Below, piece by piece: positions 17,211 to 38,960 of a stretch of DNA of 64,000 nucleotides. Every line of letters begins with the position of its first letter. Position 1 is the stretch's first letter. Origin of the DNA: Mobula birostris (taxonomy: Eukaryota); contig NC_092383.1 of NCBI RefSeq assembly GCF_030028105.1, positions 89,919,921 to 89,983,920 of the forward strand. The letters are read 5' to 3'. The notes under the pieces are model-generated. The model did not search any database and was not told where the DNA came from. It saw nothing but the letters and a program-made list of their open reading frames with translations. Both the position numbers and the translations under genes were made by a program.

Positions 17211-18975
17211 AATTGGTGTAAGTAGGGGGCTGGGGAGGAGAGGTTTGGGATAATAGAAGATAATTGTTCATTATAAATTGTTTTTTGGGTAGGCTCGGAA
17301 ATTGAAGGATTGCTGGACAGTATGACTCGAAGGGCCAAAATAGGCTATTCCTCACTGTATCGCAGTAAAATAAAAAATGAAGTTAGAACAACAGAATTCA
17401 GAATAAAGAGTGACAGTCACAGAGAAAGAGCAGTGCAGGTTGACATTAAGGGGAAAGATCATAACGAGGTAGATTATGAGCTCAAGAATCTATCTCATTT
17501 TGCTAGGGAACCATTCAATAGTCTGAAAACAGCAGGGAATTGCTGTCCTTGAGCCTGGTGGTACCTGCTTTCAGGGTTTTGTAGATTCTGCCCTCTGAGA
17601 GAGGAGAGAAGAGACATTGTCTCAGGTGGATGAGTCCTTGATTATTCTGGCTGCTCACCAAAGTAATCCAGAGCTAAAAGAGAATGCTGGATGGCTCAGG
17701 TGAGGCAAATGATTCCTTGAACCTCTTCCACCCTGGTTAACATCATTCGGTATTGATGACGTGGCCTCCTTGACATTGGTGAAGCCAAGCATAGATTAGA
17801 CCAGTGGTGGAGAACCATTTTGAGAGAGTGTGTCCAAATTGGCGAGAATCATCTAAAGAAATTCTGCTGTGCAGCAGGGTAAGTTTGAGGAGAAATGATC
17901 ATTAATTAATGCATTAGTGACAATAATCATGAACATTTTTAAAGGAAAAAGGATGTGTCCTCTTTATTTATGTGTATTTATTCAGTTATTATTAATAAAA
18001 GTCTAAGAGAGATTGAAATAAATGAGGCATTTTAGAAAACCTCTTCAAAAATGTATTAATATTCATCTGTAAAAAGATATGTGAAAAATAACTTCATTTT
18101 AAATAATAATGATTTTGTAACCATTTGTCATGCAAATACTGATGGGTATACCAGGTCTGCTGTCATGAGATCTGCTGGCCTTTGTGACATGCCAGAGAGC
18201 GTTAGGCTTCTGCCTTTCTGTAACACCTGTATTTACTAATTGTTGTTTTAAATAGAGTCGTTCAGCCCTTGCGCTTTCTGTTTAATCTTGTTCAGTTAAT
18301 TGTGACTGGGAAGGGTTTTCCGCATTTTGTGGTTATTTACAGCGGTCTCCTGAATACCATTCAACACAGGGTCCTTGTGTTGAGAACGACTTGTCTCGCG
18401 GTGTCGCTGGATTGTGCCTCCGATGTTCTATGCAATTCCTACCTATAACCTCTTGCTTTTGTCTCTGAATGTGAATCTGCCATTTCTCCACACCAGAGTT
18501 GAGTCTTTTCCAGCACTCACCATGACATAAGGACCCCGTAATCAATGGACCCATCAGATGTTCAAGAGCGGCTTGGACATCGGTCACCCGGAGACAAGGG
18601 TGGCCTCCTTACTGAGTTTCTGATTTCCATGATGGAAAAATAACCTTGAAAATGCAAAACCGCAGTGGCAACATGAAAGTTTGGGAAATGCAGGGCTGGG
18701 CTTCTTGAAGAGTGGTGACAGGAGATGATTAGTTCTGATTCAGTGGCTTCACCTGGCACTGTGTATTGGTCCACTTACTGCAGTGTTTCTTATCTCTGGG
18801 GACTGTATAAAAAGAGAGCATTCAGTGGGACTTGGACGTAATACTTTGAGGTCTCACCGACAGGATTGAGTAGGAGGTGTGTTGCAGTGGGAGGGGCCTG
18901 GGCACACCCAGGTAAGTTTTTTAATACTTGCTCTGTTCTGTCCACTAAACAGAGTTTGCACTTCCAGAAGATTTT

Positions 18976-18977
<2 letters not shown>

Positions 18978-19007
<30 letters not shown>
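18978..19007. repeat. (AC)15 microsatellite
   Basis: Direct reading. Confidence 0.95.
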
Positions 19008-19009
<2 letters not shown>

Positions 19010-19058
19010 AAAGAAAAAAGGAACTGGAATTCTGGTAATATGCATCTCATGATTAAAT

Positions 19059-19064
19059 TTTATT
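19059..19064 (-). terminator. Probable poly(A) signal, copy B (alternative AATAAA at 19333-19338)
   Basis: AATAAA ~470 nt after the stop, followed by U-rich and (UG)n sequence. Confidence 0.55.
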
Positions 19065-19529
19065 CAACAAACTATTTATAGATATATCCCACAGGGTAGA
19101 GCAATAGGCTGTGTGATGTTCAGCTCACATTTACATCAAATAGATTTCACTCCATGAGAAAGGTTCTGGAGTGAATCACTGGAAACCACAGCTGAAGAGG
19201 AAAATCAGGAAAGAAGAGAGGAAAAGAGAGGAATCTGAGAAGAGGCATAATTACATGATGTCAATATTTGCATATCCAGTCCAGATCCAAAATTCGTAGA
19301 TTGGTCCTTTAAAATCCCATCCTGGCTGGGCGTTTATTTCAGTTCTCCCGCTTTTTGCATTTTCCTTTCAGTAAAACCCCAGCATTCAATAGGGTGTCTT
19401 CACCTTCAGGATTCTGAAAGTGACTCCCTGATCTTTGATACTGACGGGTCAGATGAAAAATCAGATGGCTTAAGTCAACCTGCAAATATGAACTTGGATG
19501 GACCTTCAATGGGAACATTCAGGGGCAAG

Positions 19530-27365
<7,836 letters not shown>

Positions 27366-27418
27366 GTTGAATCGATTGGATTCCTTTCAGAATCTGACAT
27401 CGGGCTTGTGAGCCCTAA

Positions 27419-27645
27419 TACTTATACTCAAGGAATCATTGTCACGTGGGCACAGAGACAATCATTCCATATGAAAAGTAAATATTCTGGTACTCGTGAT
27501 CAGTTTCTCTCTGATAAAATACATTCTATTAAGGACACCCTTCAATGTAGAAGTTGATAACAAAGTATGTTAAGTGCTGTGAAATTAAAGATAATTCTTA
27601 TCATAGATAACACAATCTGAAATTAGGTTCAAAACTGTTTTATCA
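27419..27645 (-). promoter_or_regulatory. Pepsinogen promoter, copy B
   Basis: Same TATAAG, CACGTG, CATATG and six WGATAA motifs (+21755). Confidence 0.7.
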
Positions 27646-30600
27646 AATGACTGAGACCTAAACAGTCCTTCCAGGTGAGGTAGCCCTTTACTTGTGAACC
27701 CACCAGTGTCATTTATTGTATCTGGTTTTCCCCTTGAGGCCTCCTCTACATCAGTGAGACCTGACACAGAATGGACGATGGTGTCATTGACTGGCTACTC
27801 TGTCTATGTCTCTCATAATTTTGTGAAGTCCAACTGAAGTTCAAAGACCAGAGTATATTTGAATATCCACTGTTTATTCACTTCCACAGACGCTGCCTGA
27901 CCTGCTGAGTTCCTCCAGCATTTTAAGTGTGTTGCTTTGGATTTCCAGCATCTGCAGACTTTTTCATGTGCAGTGAAACCCACATGGTCACGGGGAGAAC
28001 GCACAAACTCCTTACAGACAGCGGGGGAAATCGATCCCTAATTTACTGCAGGTTCTGTAAAGCGCTGTGCTTACCACTGCATTACTGTGCTGCCCGACAT
28101 GTGCTTTCAGCATGTTGACCTTCATAAATCAGAGAACCGGGCTGTTATCTCGAAGTTGTCTCAGACGTGCGTGAGGCCAAATTTGGAGTATTGTGTGCAG
28201 TTCTGGTCACCTATCTACTGGAAAGATATCAGGAATATTGAAAGAGGACAGAGAAAATTTACAAGGATATTGCTGGGACTTGAGGACCTGAGGGAGAGGG
28301 AAAGGTTGCATAGACATGGACTTCATTCCCTGCAGCGAAGGAGAATGTGAGGAAATTTGATAGATGTGTACAAAATGTTGATGGGTATGGATATTGTCAA
28401 TGGAAACAGGCTTCTTCTGTTGAGGTTGGTTAAGACAAGAGGTACAGGTAATAGGTTAAGGGTGAAAGATGAAATATTTAAGAAAAATTTGAGAAGAGAC
28501 CACCATGACTCCGAGGGTGGTGAGAGTGTGGAATGAGCTGTCAGTCGAAGTGGTGAACTCCAATTTGATTGCAACATTTAAGAGAAGTTTGGATAAGTAC
28601 ATGGATGAGGAGGATCATGGTCCAGGTGGGAGTCGATGACACGAGCAGTTCAGCCTGGCCTAGGTGGGCAGAAGTGCCTGTGTCTGATCTTGCGGGAATG
28701 GAACCCACTCTAAGGACCTCACGAACAGCCGCTTATTAATATCCCCAAGGACACGGCTTGGAAGACGAGCGTGCTTACAGGGTTCCAGAGATTTCATGGC
28801 TCTGGGGACATGCTGATTCCAGGCCGGTGCCAGAAATTGAAGCATCGCGGGAGAACGCGGAACATCGGGAGCAGCGGGTTGGCTGCCAGGGGTTGTGTGC
28901 TCGGGGAGCTGCAGCTTTTTGCTGCCAAATCTCTGGGCGCAGAGCTCAGAAAAAGCCAAGCAACAGACTTTTAACATCGTAAATCAGTGAGTTGTTTGTT
29001 ATGTCTCCTGTCTCACTGTGAAATGGGACACCCTTTTTTCCCTTATTAAGGAGAGTGAGAGCCTGTGGTATGTCAAATTATCGGGTGAACGAGTAGTCTT
29101 TGGGGTACTGCAAGTCTGTGTCTTTATTGATGCTTTGCTGCATGCTTGAGTGCTCGGTGGGCAGTGTTGATGCATTTTTGCTGGTGGGGGTGGGGGGCTG
29201 GATGTTGCCTTGTTGCTGCTTGTGCAGGGGAGGGGGAGTTGCGGGGGGGAGCTTTGGGGCTCTAAGTTTTAACTGTCAATCATTCCTTGGGGCACTCCTC
29301 TGCTTTTGTGGATGTCTGCGAAGAAAATAAATTTCAGGATCAATGTATCGTATACATTTCTCTGACATTAAATGCACTTATTGAAACCTGTTGTAGTGTT
29401 CTGTAACTCTGACTCCAAACCCATCCTATTGTTGTACTTGTCTAATTGTCCCTCCCTCCACCACTACTTCTGGCAGCTCATTCCATGTACCCACCACACT
29501 CCATGGGGGAAAATATTGCCCCTCAGGTGCCCTTTAAATCTTTCCCATCTCACCTTAAATCCTTACCTTTTATTTTTAGACTATGAAAAGGACTGTGACC
29601 ATTCACTTTATGTACACAGCTCGTGATTTTATAAACCTTGAGAAGGTCACCTCTCAGCCTCCTTCACTCCAGGGAAAACAGACACAACCTGTCCAGTCTC
29701 ACGAACCAACAACGAAACAAAAAGAACCGTAGCAGGATCATCGACCCCTAAATACCTACTCCCCGCACGCAGAAATGGACAAAAATGGAGCAGTCACATC
29801 AACCTCCAAATCTCCCTCTCCACACACAACGAATGAGAAACATCAGGCAAAAAACACAGAATATAAAATACTGTAAGACTGAACAAAAATCTACAGTCCA
29901 AGTCCAAATCCAAAACGCAGAAAACCTGGGTAAACCAGCGGCTGTTCTTTCCCTCTCTGACAGCAGAGTGATCCCACCAGTGTTCAAAAGGCAGTATCCC
30001 TTCTCTGACAGCGGACAATCCCACCAGCGATCAAAAGCCTGGCAGTGGGTGTTCACCTTCCGTTTTCACTCGATATTTCACCCTCTCTCCTTGTTTTAAT
30101 CGGCGAACAATGGAAGCTTTAATCCACAAATTGGAGCCGAACATCGGCTTGAGGCCCATGCTGCAGTCTTCCTGCCACGATCCTCTCAGAGACTACAGAG
30201 CATGAAAACACCCTGACGATTTCCAAAATGGAAATCACAGGCTCAAACAGTCTCAGAATCACATTCAAGACAAAAAACAAACATAAAAGAAGTGAAATAT
30301 ATGGTTTCATAATCTATCCACAGTCATGAGTCTAACTGTCATCGATACTGTGGATACTGAACTTTTTACTGTTGGACTTCGGCCATATTCCACCGAGATA
30401 CAACACTGGGCGGCACGGAAGGTCGTTCCTGCCTGTGGCCATCGAACTTGCAGCTTCTCCTGTGGAGGGTCAGACACTCTGAGCCAATAGACTGGTCCTG
30501 GATTTAATTTCCATCTGGCATAGTTTGCATTTTGTTGTTTGATTGTTTGTGGTTTCTGTATTGCTATATTTATGCCCTATTCTTGGTTGGTGCGGCTATA

Positions 30601-31332
30601 ACGAAACCCAATTTCCCTTGGGATCAATAAAGTATATCTATCTATCTATCTATCTATCTATACTACGGTAGGAAGAGTCATAAGTCCAATTGTCATTGAC
30701 ACCACACTACAGTCATGAGTCTGATTATCATCGACACTACAGTGTGAAGAGCCATGAGTCCGATTGTCATCGATCGTACTCTACGAGGAGTCATGAGTCC
30801 AATTGTCCTTGACACTACAGTACGAACAGTCTTGATTCCGATTGTCACCAACACCTCAGTACGAGGAGTTATGAGTCCGACTGTCATGGGCACTGCAGTA
30901 CCAACAGACATGAGTCCGACTGTCATATACACTTGTCTTGAGTCCGATTGTCACGGACACTACAACACAGAAACAGGCCCTTCATCCAATCCAGCCCATG
31001 CCAGTCTAGTCTTCTGTCTGATTCCAGCTCCTGCACCCACATCAATGCCCTCTGGAACCCACACATCCATATACCTATGCTAACCTCTTAAAGACTCACT
31101 CTTAACAATTTAAGAACACCTTCTTCCTCTTCACCGTCAGATGTCTGAACAGTCTATAAACCCATGAATGGCAAAGCACAGGAACATTCTCTTCAGCCTT
31201 CAATGTTCCCTTGGGGCTCATTCCAAGCATCTAACACTCTCCATGTAAAAAACTTGCCCCACGCATCTGCTATAAACTTACGCTCTCTCAACTGAACTGC
31301 ATGCCCTCTGGAATTAGATAATTCAACCCTGG

Positions 31333-32184
31333 GAATTGAATTGACTTTATTACGCACATCCTTCATATACATGAGGAGTAAAACTCTTTACAGTAGGTCT
31401 CTGTCTAAATGTGCAATAAGCAATTTATATAAATTTATAATAAATAGTACGTACAACAAATATAACATGGAAATACAGTTGTATCAGCATGAATTAATCA
31501 GTCTCATGGCCTGGTGGAAGAAGCCGTCCCAGAGCCTGTTGGTCCTGGCTTTTACGCTGCGGTACCGCTTCCCGGATGGTAGCAGCTGGAACAGTTTGTG
31601 GTTGGGGCGACTCAGGTCCCCAATGACTCTTTGGGCCCTTTATACATACCTGTCCTGAATAGTGGGAAGTTCCCATCTACAGATGCGCTGGGCTGTCCAC
31701 ACCACTCTCTGCAGAGTCCTGCGATTGAAGGAAGTACAGTTCCCATACCAGGCAGGGATGCAGCCAATCAAGATGCTCTCAATTGTGCCCCTGTAGAAAG
31801 TTCTTTGGATTTAGAGGCCCATACCAAATTTCTTCAACTGAAAGAGGCGCTGTAGTGCCTTTTTCACCACACAGCCGGTATGTACAGACCATGTGAGATC
31901 CTTGGAGATGTGTATGTCGAGGACCTTAAATCTGTTCACCCTCTCAGCTCCAGATCCATTGATGTCAATAGCGGCTCTACTGTCTCCATACCTCCTGTAG
32001 TCCATAACCAGCTCCTTCCTTTTTGTGACATTGAGGGAGAGGTTGTCTTCTTGACATGATTGTGTCAGCGTGATGATTTCTTCTCTGCAGGAAGCCTCAT
32101 TATTATTTGAGATTAGGCCAATCAGTGCAGTATCGTCAGCAAATTTAATTAGCAGATTGGAGCTGTGAGTGACGACACACTCGC
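31333..32184 (-). mobile_element. Same Rex1/Babar fragment, unit 2
   Basis: ORF 31811-32005 with premature stop. Confidence 0.88.
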
Positions 32185-34506
32185 CAGCTATCTATCCCTC
32201 TCATACTCTCAGAGGCCTTTTTATCAGCTACACCCATGCACCTGCTCATTAATGCCAATCATGTAGCTGCCACTCACTGCATAAAAGCACGCAGACATGG
32301 GCAAGAGGTTCAGCTGTTCTTCAGACCAAAACTCAGAATGGGGAAGTAAAGTATTCGGACTGTGTTGGTCATTGACACAAACAATGCATTTCACAGTATG
32401 TTTCAATGTTTCCATGTACTGTCTTTGTGACATATAAAACTGGTCCATCTCTTCAAAAACTCAGTGAAATTAACCAAGACCTTCAGAAATACAGGATGAA
32501 ACATGGAACAGGACAAATAATTTCAAGCTATTTTTATAATAGTTTCAAGGGTATTCATATCTGGGGAATTGTTCAATCAAATGGATAATAAGCAGATTTG
32601 TAAACATATTAAAAATGCTCTGTCAACAAAAGAGAATCAGTAATAAGTGCCTATTATTGACTATTAATTGATAAGGTGAGCAATTAAACATGGCTTCTGT
32701 TAATAAAATTAACCTCTTGTGTTTCGCTTTGCTCTCACTGCTGATCTAAGACAACAGTGAAAACAAATTCAAGTGAAAAACTTCAAATTCTGGAAATCCA
32801 AGCAACGCACACAAATTACTCGATGATCTCACAGGCCAGGCAGCGTTTATGGAAAAGAGTACAATCGATGTTTAGGGCCAAGACCCTTCATCAAAACAAA
32901 ATATTTGCCCGCAAGAATGCCCTCAGTTCCATTTCAATTCTGAAGTCAATTGTAGACAGTCAGCACAATCATGAGTACTCGCCACCGTAGTATCTGTGAC
33001 GTCTTGAAGAAGCCGAGCCTCAAAGGCTGTGTCCATCATTGAGGACCCCCACCACACAGGCCATGCCCCCTTCTCATTGTGACTGTCAGGAGGAGGGACA
33101 GAAGCCTGAAGGCACGCACTCAGCAATTCAGAAACAGCTTGCCATCCAGTTTCTAAATTGACATTGAACTTATGAACACCACCTCACCACATTTGTATTA
33201 TTTATTTCCATTTCTGCACAAGTTACTTTAACTTAACCATTTAATATATAAATATACACTTACTGGAATTCAGCTTTTTCAATATTTTTCATGTATTGCA
33301 CTGTACAGCTAACACAAATTTAACAAATTTCACAACATATGCCGGTGATATTAGTCTTGATCATGCTTGCTGTATATTTTGCATCGATATAAGAAAGATT
33401 TTGCATTCATGCTGCACTTCTAGTAGCCTTATTTTCTCGATAACGTTTCACACTCTTCAATTGACAGATTTGAAAGGTCAGGGTGTCGGGGCCTGAGGCG
33501 AGAGACGGGCTGGTTCAGCTCACTTCCCCGTGATACTTACTCAGCTCCGCACCGAACTGAGAGTCTGCGGCTTCACGTCTGTGGACAGACTCTCTTTTGT
33601 GGACATCAGTTCTGATCACTGTTTGCTTGCTTCGATTGTTTGCATGATCTGTTTTTCTTCTCTCTGCTCGTTGGGTGTTTGACAGTCTGCTTTTTTAATG
33701 GATTCTTTTGTGTTTCTTTGTTTTATGGCTACCTGAAAGGAGACATATCTCTAGAACGTATATGTATACATACTGTGATCATAAGCATACTTTGAACTTT
33801 GAACATCTTCTGAAGTATATTATAATTGGTAATTTGGTTTACTACTGTCACATTCACTGGAGTGCAACAACAATGAACCAATTTACCAGTTAGAATGAAC
33901 TTCAGAAGATGACAATGTCGATAAGGAGTTATTATTGTCACAAAAGGGGTGAGGGGTATATGGGGTGTCCAGGGATGGGTAGCACCTCTGGCAAAGGGGC
34001 TTGTTGTGTCCATTCCAGGGCAGATGACTCACCTTTCAGACACTCAGCTCTCACCCGTGGCTCCTAGTATCTGTTTGTATGTGACAGCAGCCATACCCAA
34101 TACAGCGCTTCACCAGGTGGGGAAAACCAGGTGGGGGTACCAGACCTGCCCTAGCATGCAAAGTCTGCTCTGGTAGACTGAGATCTGTAGTGAGATCCAA
34201 CAACTAGGAAGGTGGTTCTGCATCGCTCTGAGGAGAGCGAACGGCATGAAAAGGCATGGAAGTTGTCATGGTTGTCCACTGCAACCAAGGAATACCTCAG
34301 CTTGTGACGCTTGTTTCTACCACTGGGCCTGGACTGCTGATGTCTAGAAAGTGGAACTGACCCAGTGCGATAGATTTTCCACTTTAAAAACTCTCCCACA
34401 CAGGTATCTATCACTGTTGGCCACGATGAACAAGAACCACTTGCGGTGCAATGATACACCTTGTTTTACATGTCACCCGTACAGATCAATTCATCACATC
34501 AGTACA

Positions 34507-37119
34507 TATGATGGGAATCAGGATGATCGAGCTGAGGGTGAGCCAGCAGGTTTTCAAGTAGATGATGGGTGTAACAAGAATGTAATGAAGGACAAGCCAA
34601 TGATGGGGTACAAATGCAGACAGAGCAAAGAACTCAACTGGACCACAGAGTCAAAATTCATCAGGGCGAAGGCTGCCGGACTGAAGCTGCGATATTTAAA
34701 TCCGCGTAGCATCCGGAATGAGGTGGGTGAACTCGTGGAACAATTAGAGGTTGGTTGGTGTGACATTGTGGGCATCACTGAGTCGTGGCTGGAAGACCAT
34801 AGTTGTGAGTTTAACATCAAAGGATATACTCAGTAAAGTAAGGACAGGCAAGAAGGTACAGGCGGTGGTCTGGCTATATTAGTAAGAGATGGAATTACAT
34901 CTGTAGATGCAGATGACGTAGGGTCTGAGAACATTGAATCTTTGTTGGTGGAGTTAAGAAACAGCAAAGGTGAAAAAAAACATTCTGAGAATCTTATAGG
35001 CCTCCTAATAATAGCCAATATGTGGGGTTGAGTTTGTAAAGAGTGTTGGAAAAGGCATGTGAAAAGGATAATGATACAGTGGTATTGGGGGACCTCAATA
35101 TGCAAGTGGATTGGGAAAACCAGGTTCTTCCCCAGGAAAAAGAGAGGGAATTTGTTGAATGCCGATGAGAGGGCTTTTCAGAGCATCTTGTGCTTGAGCC
35201 TACTTGGGGAAAGGCTTTTGGGTGTTGTGTCATGACCCAGATCTCATTAGGGAGCTTAATGTTAAAGGAACCATTAGGAGACAGTGATCATAATATGATT
35301 GAATTCATACTGCAAACTGAAAGGGAGAAGCATAAGTCACAGGTAATGCCGGTCGTGCATGCAGCCTGTTACAGAATCAAAACTCATTTGTAAGGCCAGT
35401 GATGTTGTGGGGATGGAACTGGACTCTCTCACGGTGGTGTCTGAAAAGGATGCTGTCCAAGTTGCATGCCATCTTGGACAATGTCTCCCATCCACTACGT
35501 AATGTACTGGGTGGGCACAGGAGTATATTCAGCCAGAGACTCATTCCACCGAGATGCAGCACAGAGCGTCATAGGAAGTCATTCCTGCCTGCAGACATCA
35601 AACTTTACAACTCCTCCCTTGGAGAGTCAGACACCCTGAGCCAATAGGCTGGTCCTGGACTTATTTCCATCTGGCATAATTTACATATTATTATTTAATT
35701 ATTTATGGTTTTATATTGCTATATTTATACTCTATTCTTGGTTGGTGCAACTGTAACGAAACTCAATTTCCCTCGGGATCAATAAAGTATGTCTATCTAT
35801 CTATCTATCTACCTAACAGTATAGCAATGGAATAAAGAAAATTACAGAGGCAAGAGACAGGAGGTTACCCCGGTGGATCAAAGGAAGATTCGTTGTTGCC
35901 GGTCACGTGACAGAAGATACTGGCGGGGATGATGGTAGAGCAGAAGCAGCTGAAGTTTCTGAGAATAATTCACAAGGCACAGGATAGATATGTCCCATAG
36001 AAGAAGTAGTTCTCAAATAGCAGGGCTAGCCAACCGTGGATGACAAGGGAAGTTAAGGTCTGCATGAATGCCAAGGAAAGGGCATATAAGGTAGCGAAAG
36101 TGAGTGGGAAACTGGATGATTGGGAAGCTTTTAAAATCCTAGAGTGCTCGAGGTCTGTGAGTGTCAGGCAGCAGGAGTGAGTGACACAAAGGTCTTAAGG
36201 TGCTTAAGTCACTCACAATTCCTAGAGTCATTCCTAGACTCTCTCAAATGAACTACATCCCAGAGTCCTAAGAGACATTGCTGAACAAATAATGGATGCT
36301 TTTGGCGTGATCTTTCAAGAATCCCTTAACTCTGGCATGGTCCTGGAGGACTGGAAGATAGTAAACATCACACCACTCTTTAAGAAGGGAGGAAAGTGAA
36401 AGAAAGGAAATTATAGGCCAGTTAGCCTAACTTCAATGTTTGGAAAAGTGTTGGAGTCTATTGTTAAGAATCAGGTTTTGGGGTACTTGGAGATTGATGA
36501 TAAAAATTTCAAGGGGAATAGAATATAACAGCAAGGAGATAATGTTAGACTTTAAAAGGCACTAGTCAGGTGCACTTGGAGTATTGTCAACAGTTTTGAG
36601 TCTCATATCTCAGAAAGGATGTGTTGTCATTGCAGAGAGTAGAGAGGATGATTCTGAGAGTGAAGGGGTTAACATATGAGAAGCATTTGGCAGCTTTGGG
36701 CCTGCACTCACTGGAACTTAGAAGCATGCGTGGGGATCTGATTGAAATCGACCAAATGTTGAAAAGTCTAGATAGGGTGGATGTGGAGAGGATGTTTCCA
36801 CTGGTGGAGGTATCCAAACTAGAGAGTTCAGCCTCAAAATTGAGGGCCAAACTTTTAGAACAGAATTAAAGGAAGCTTTTCTTTAGCCAGAGAGTCGTGA
36901 ATCGGTGGAATACTCTGCCACAGACTGTGGTGGAGGCCATCTCCAAAGGTATATCTGAGGCGGATGTTGCTAGTTTTCTGATCTCTCAGGGCATCAAAGA
37001 AAATGGCGAAAGGGCAGTTGTATGGGGTTGAGTGGGATCCGGGATCAGCCATGATGGAACAGTGGGACAGACTCAATGGGCTGAGTGGCCTAATTCTGCT
37101 TCTATATCTTATGGTCTTA
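34507..37119 (+). mobile_element. Same long CR1, unit 2
   Basis: ORFs 34351-34836 and 36621-36869. Confidence 0.9.
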
Positions 37120-37209
37120 CATGGAGGTTGTACAAGGGAAAGGCAATAGCAGAATACAGACTATAGTGTAACAGTTACAGAGAATGTGCATTGCAGGTAT
37201 TAATAACTT

Positions 37210-38960
37210 TACATAGATACACACTTTATGATACCAAAGGAAATTACAGTGTCACAGTAGCATTACAAGTGTACAGATTTACAAATATGAGAAGAGAAGT
37301 AAGAAAGAATTAAATAAAGTGACCTTAAAAATAAGATGTACAAGATTTACAAATCAGAGATTACAAGATTTTCAAGATTTCCAAATTCACACTGATAAGA
37401 TGGTAGTGCAAGAATTGCTGTAATATTATAAAGTAATGGGTGCATCTTCACACCATCAAGATAAGAACTGGTGGTGGTATTGCACAGTATTGCACGATAG
37501 CAGGAGTGGTAAGCAGAGCTAAACAGATTGAAAGCAGAGCTCTAGTAATCAGAGGTAAATAGCAGTCGAACACGAGGGGTCATCACTTCCCTGGCTATAG
37601 GTTGGCTATTGACCAAGGTTAAGAATGACCTCATGTCGCGCTCTTTGCAGCAGTGCAGTTGTCTTAGTCTATTACTGAAAGTGTTCCTTCGATCCGCCAA
37701 GGTGGTATGCAGAAGGTGAGAAACATTATCCAGAATTGCCAGGATTTTCCAAAGGGTTCCTTGTTCTACCACAGCCTCCAGTGTGTGCAGTTTGACACTT
37801 ATAACAGAGCCAGCCTTTCTAATCAAATCAGCCAGTTTGCATCACCTGTGCTGATGCCATTGCCCCAGCACACCACTGCACAGAATATTCTACTGGAGGC
37901 AGCAGACGAGTAAAATATGTGCAGCAGAGGCCTCCGTTCTCCAAAGGACCGCGATCTTCTCAGGAAACAGAGGTGACTCTGGTCCTTCTTGTACACAGCC
38001 TCTGTGTGGGTGCTCCTTTCAAGTCCGCAATCCACGTGCAAACCTGGGTACTTGTAGGTCCCACCACACCCACATTCTCACCATCAATTGTAACAGACAG
38101 AGGGGCTGGCTTAGTCTTCCTAAAGTCCATCTCCATCTCCTTTGTCTTACTGATGTTGAGCTGCAAATGATTCCGTTTGCACTGTTTGACAATGTCCTCC
38201 GCCAGGGCCCTGTATTCATCCTCCCATCCTCCCTTTAAAAACCCAACTATTGCTGAGTCATCGGAGATTTCTGCAGATGACATGACTCAGAGTTGTACCT
38301 AAAGTCTGAGGTATACAGAGTACAGATGAAGGGAGCCAATTCCATCCCCTGTGGAGTCCCAGTGCAGCTTTTAGCCACGTCTGACACACAGCTCTGAAGC
38401 TGCACAAACTGTGGTCTGCCAGTCAGGTCAGCCATTATCCAGGATCCAATGGAAGTGCTAACCTGCTTTGAACAGAGATTCTCCCCCAGCAAGGAGCGTT
38501 GTATGGTATTGATGGCACTTGAGAAATCAAACAACATGATCCTCACAGTACTGCCTTGTTTATCAAAATGGGAGTAGGCTCTGTTCAGCGGGTAAATGAC
38601 ACCATCGTCAACTGCAATGTGCTCCTGGTAGGTAAACTGCAGGAGATCGAGGTCTGATCTGACCAGGGGTCAAAGGTAAGCCAGGAACAGCCTCTCTAAG
38701 GACTTCATGATGTGTGAGGTCAGGGCCACAGGATGGCAGTTATTCAAGATTATTTGGTCAGCCCTTCTTGGGCACTGAGACCAAATATGATGTTAGCCAG
38801 ATTGAAAATTCACTGGAGAACTCCACACAGCTGCTCAGCACACTCCTTCTGAACCTTGGGGTTCACACCATCCAGTAGTAATTCTTTGCTATGTCTGAGT
38901 TTCCACAGAGTTTCCCTTCACATCTGCTCAGTAGTGAAGGTCAGTCCATGATGACTGTGG
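37210..38960 (-). mobile_element. Same Rex1/Babar LINE, unit 2
   Basis: ORFs 37542-38546. Confidence 0.9.

Noticed and set aside
17802-18960. Possible hAT/Charlie element beginning CAGTGGTGGAGAACC
   Set aside because: Only one terminus-like end; I found no matching right TIR, TSD or transposase motif.
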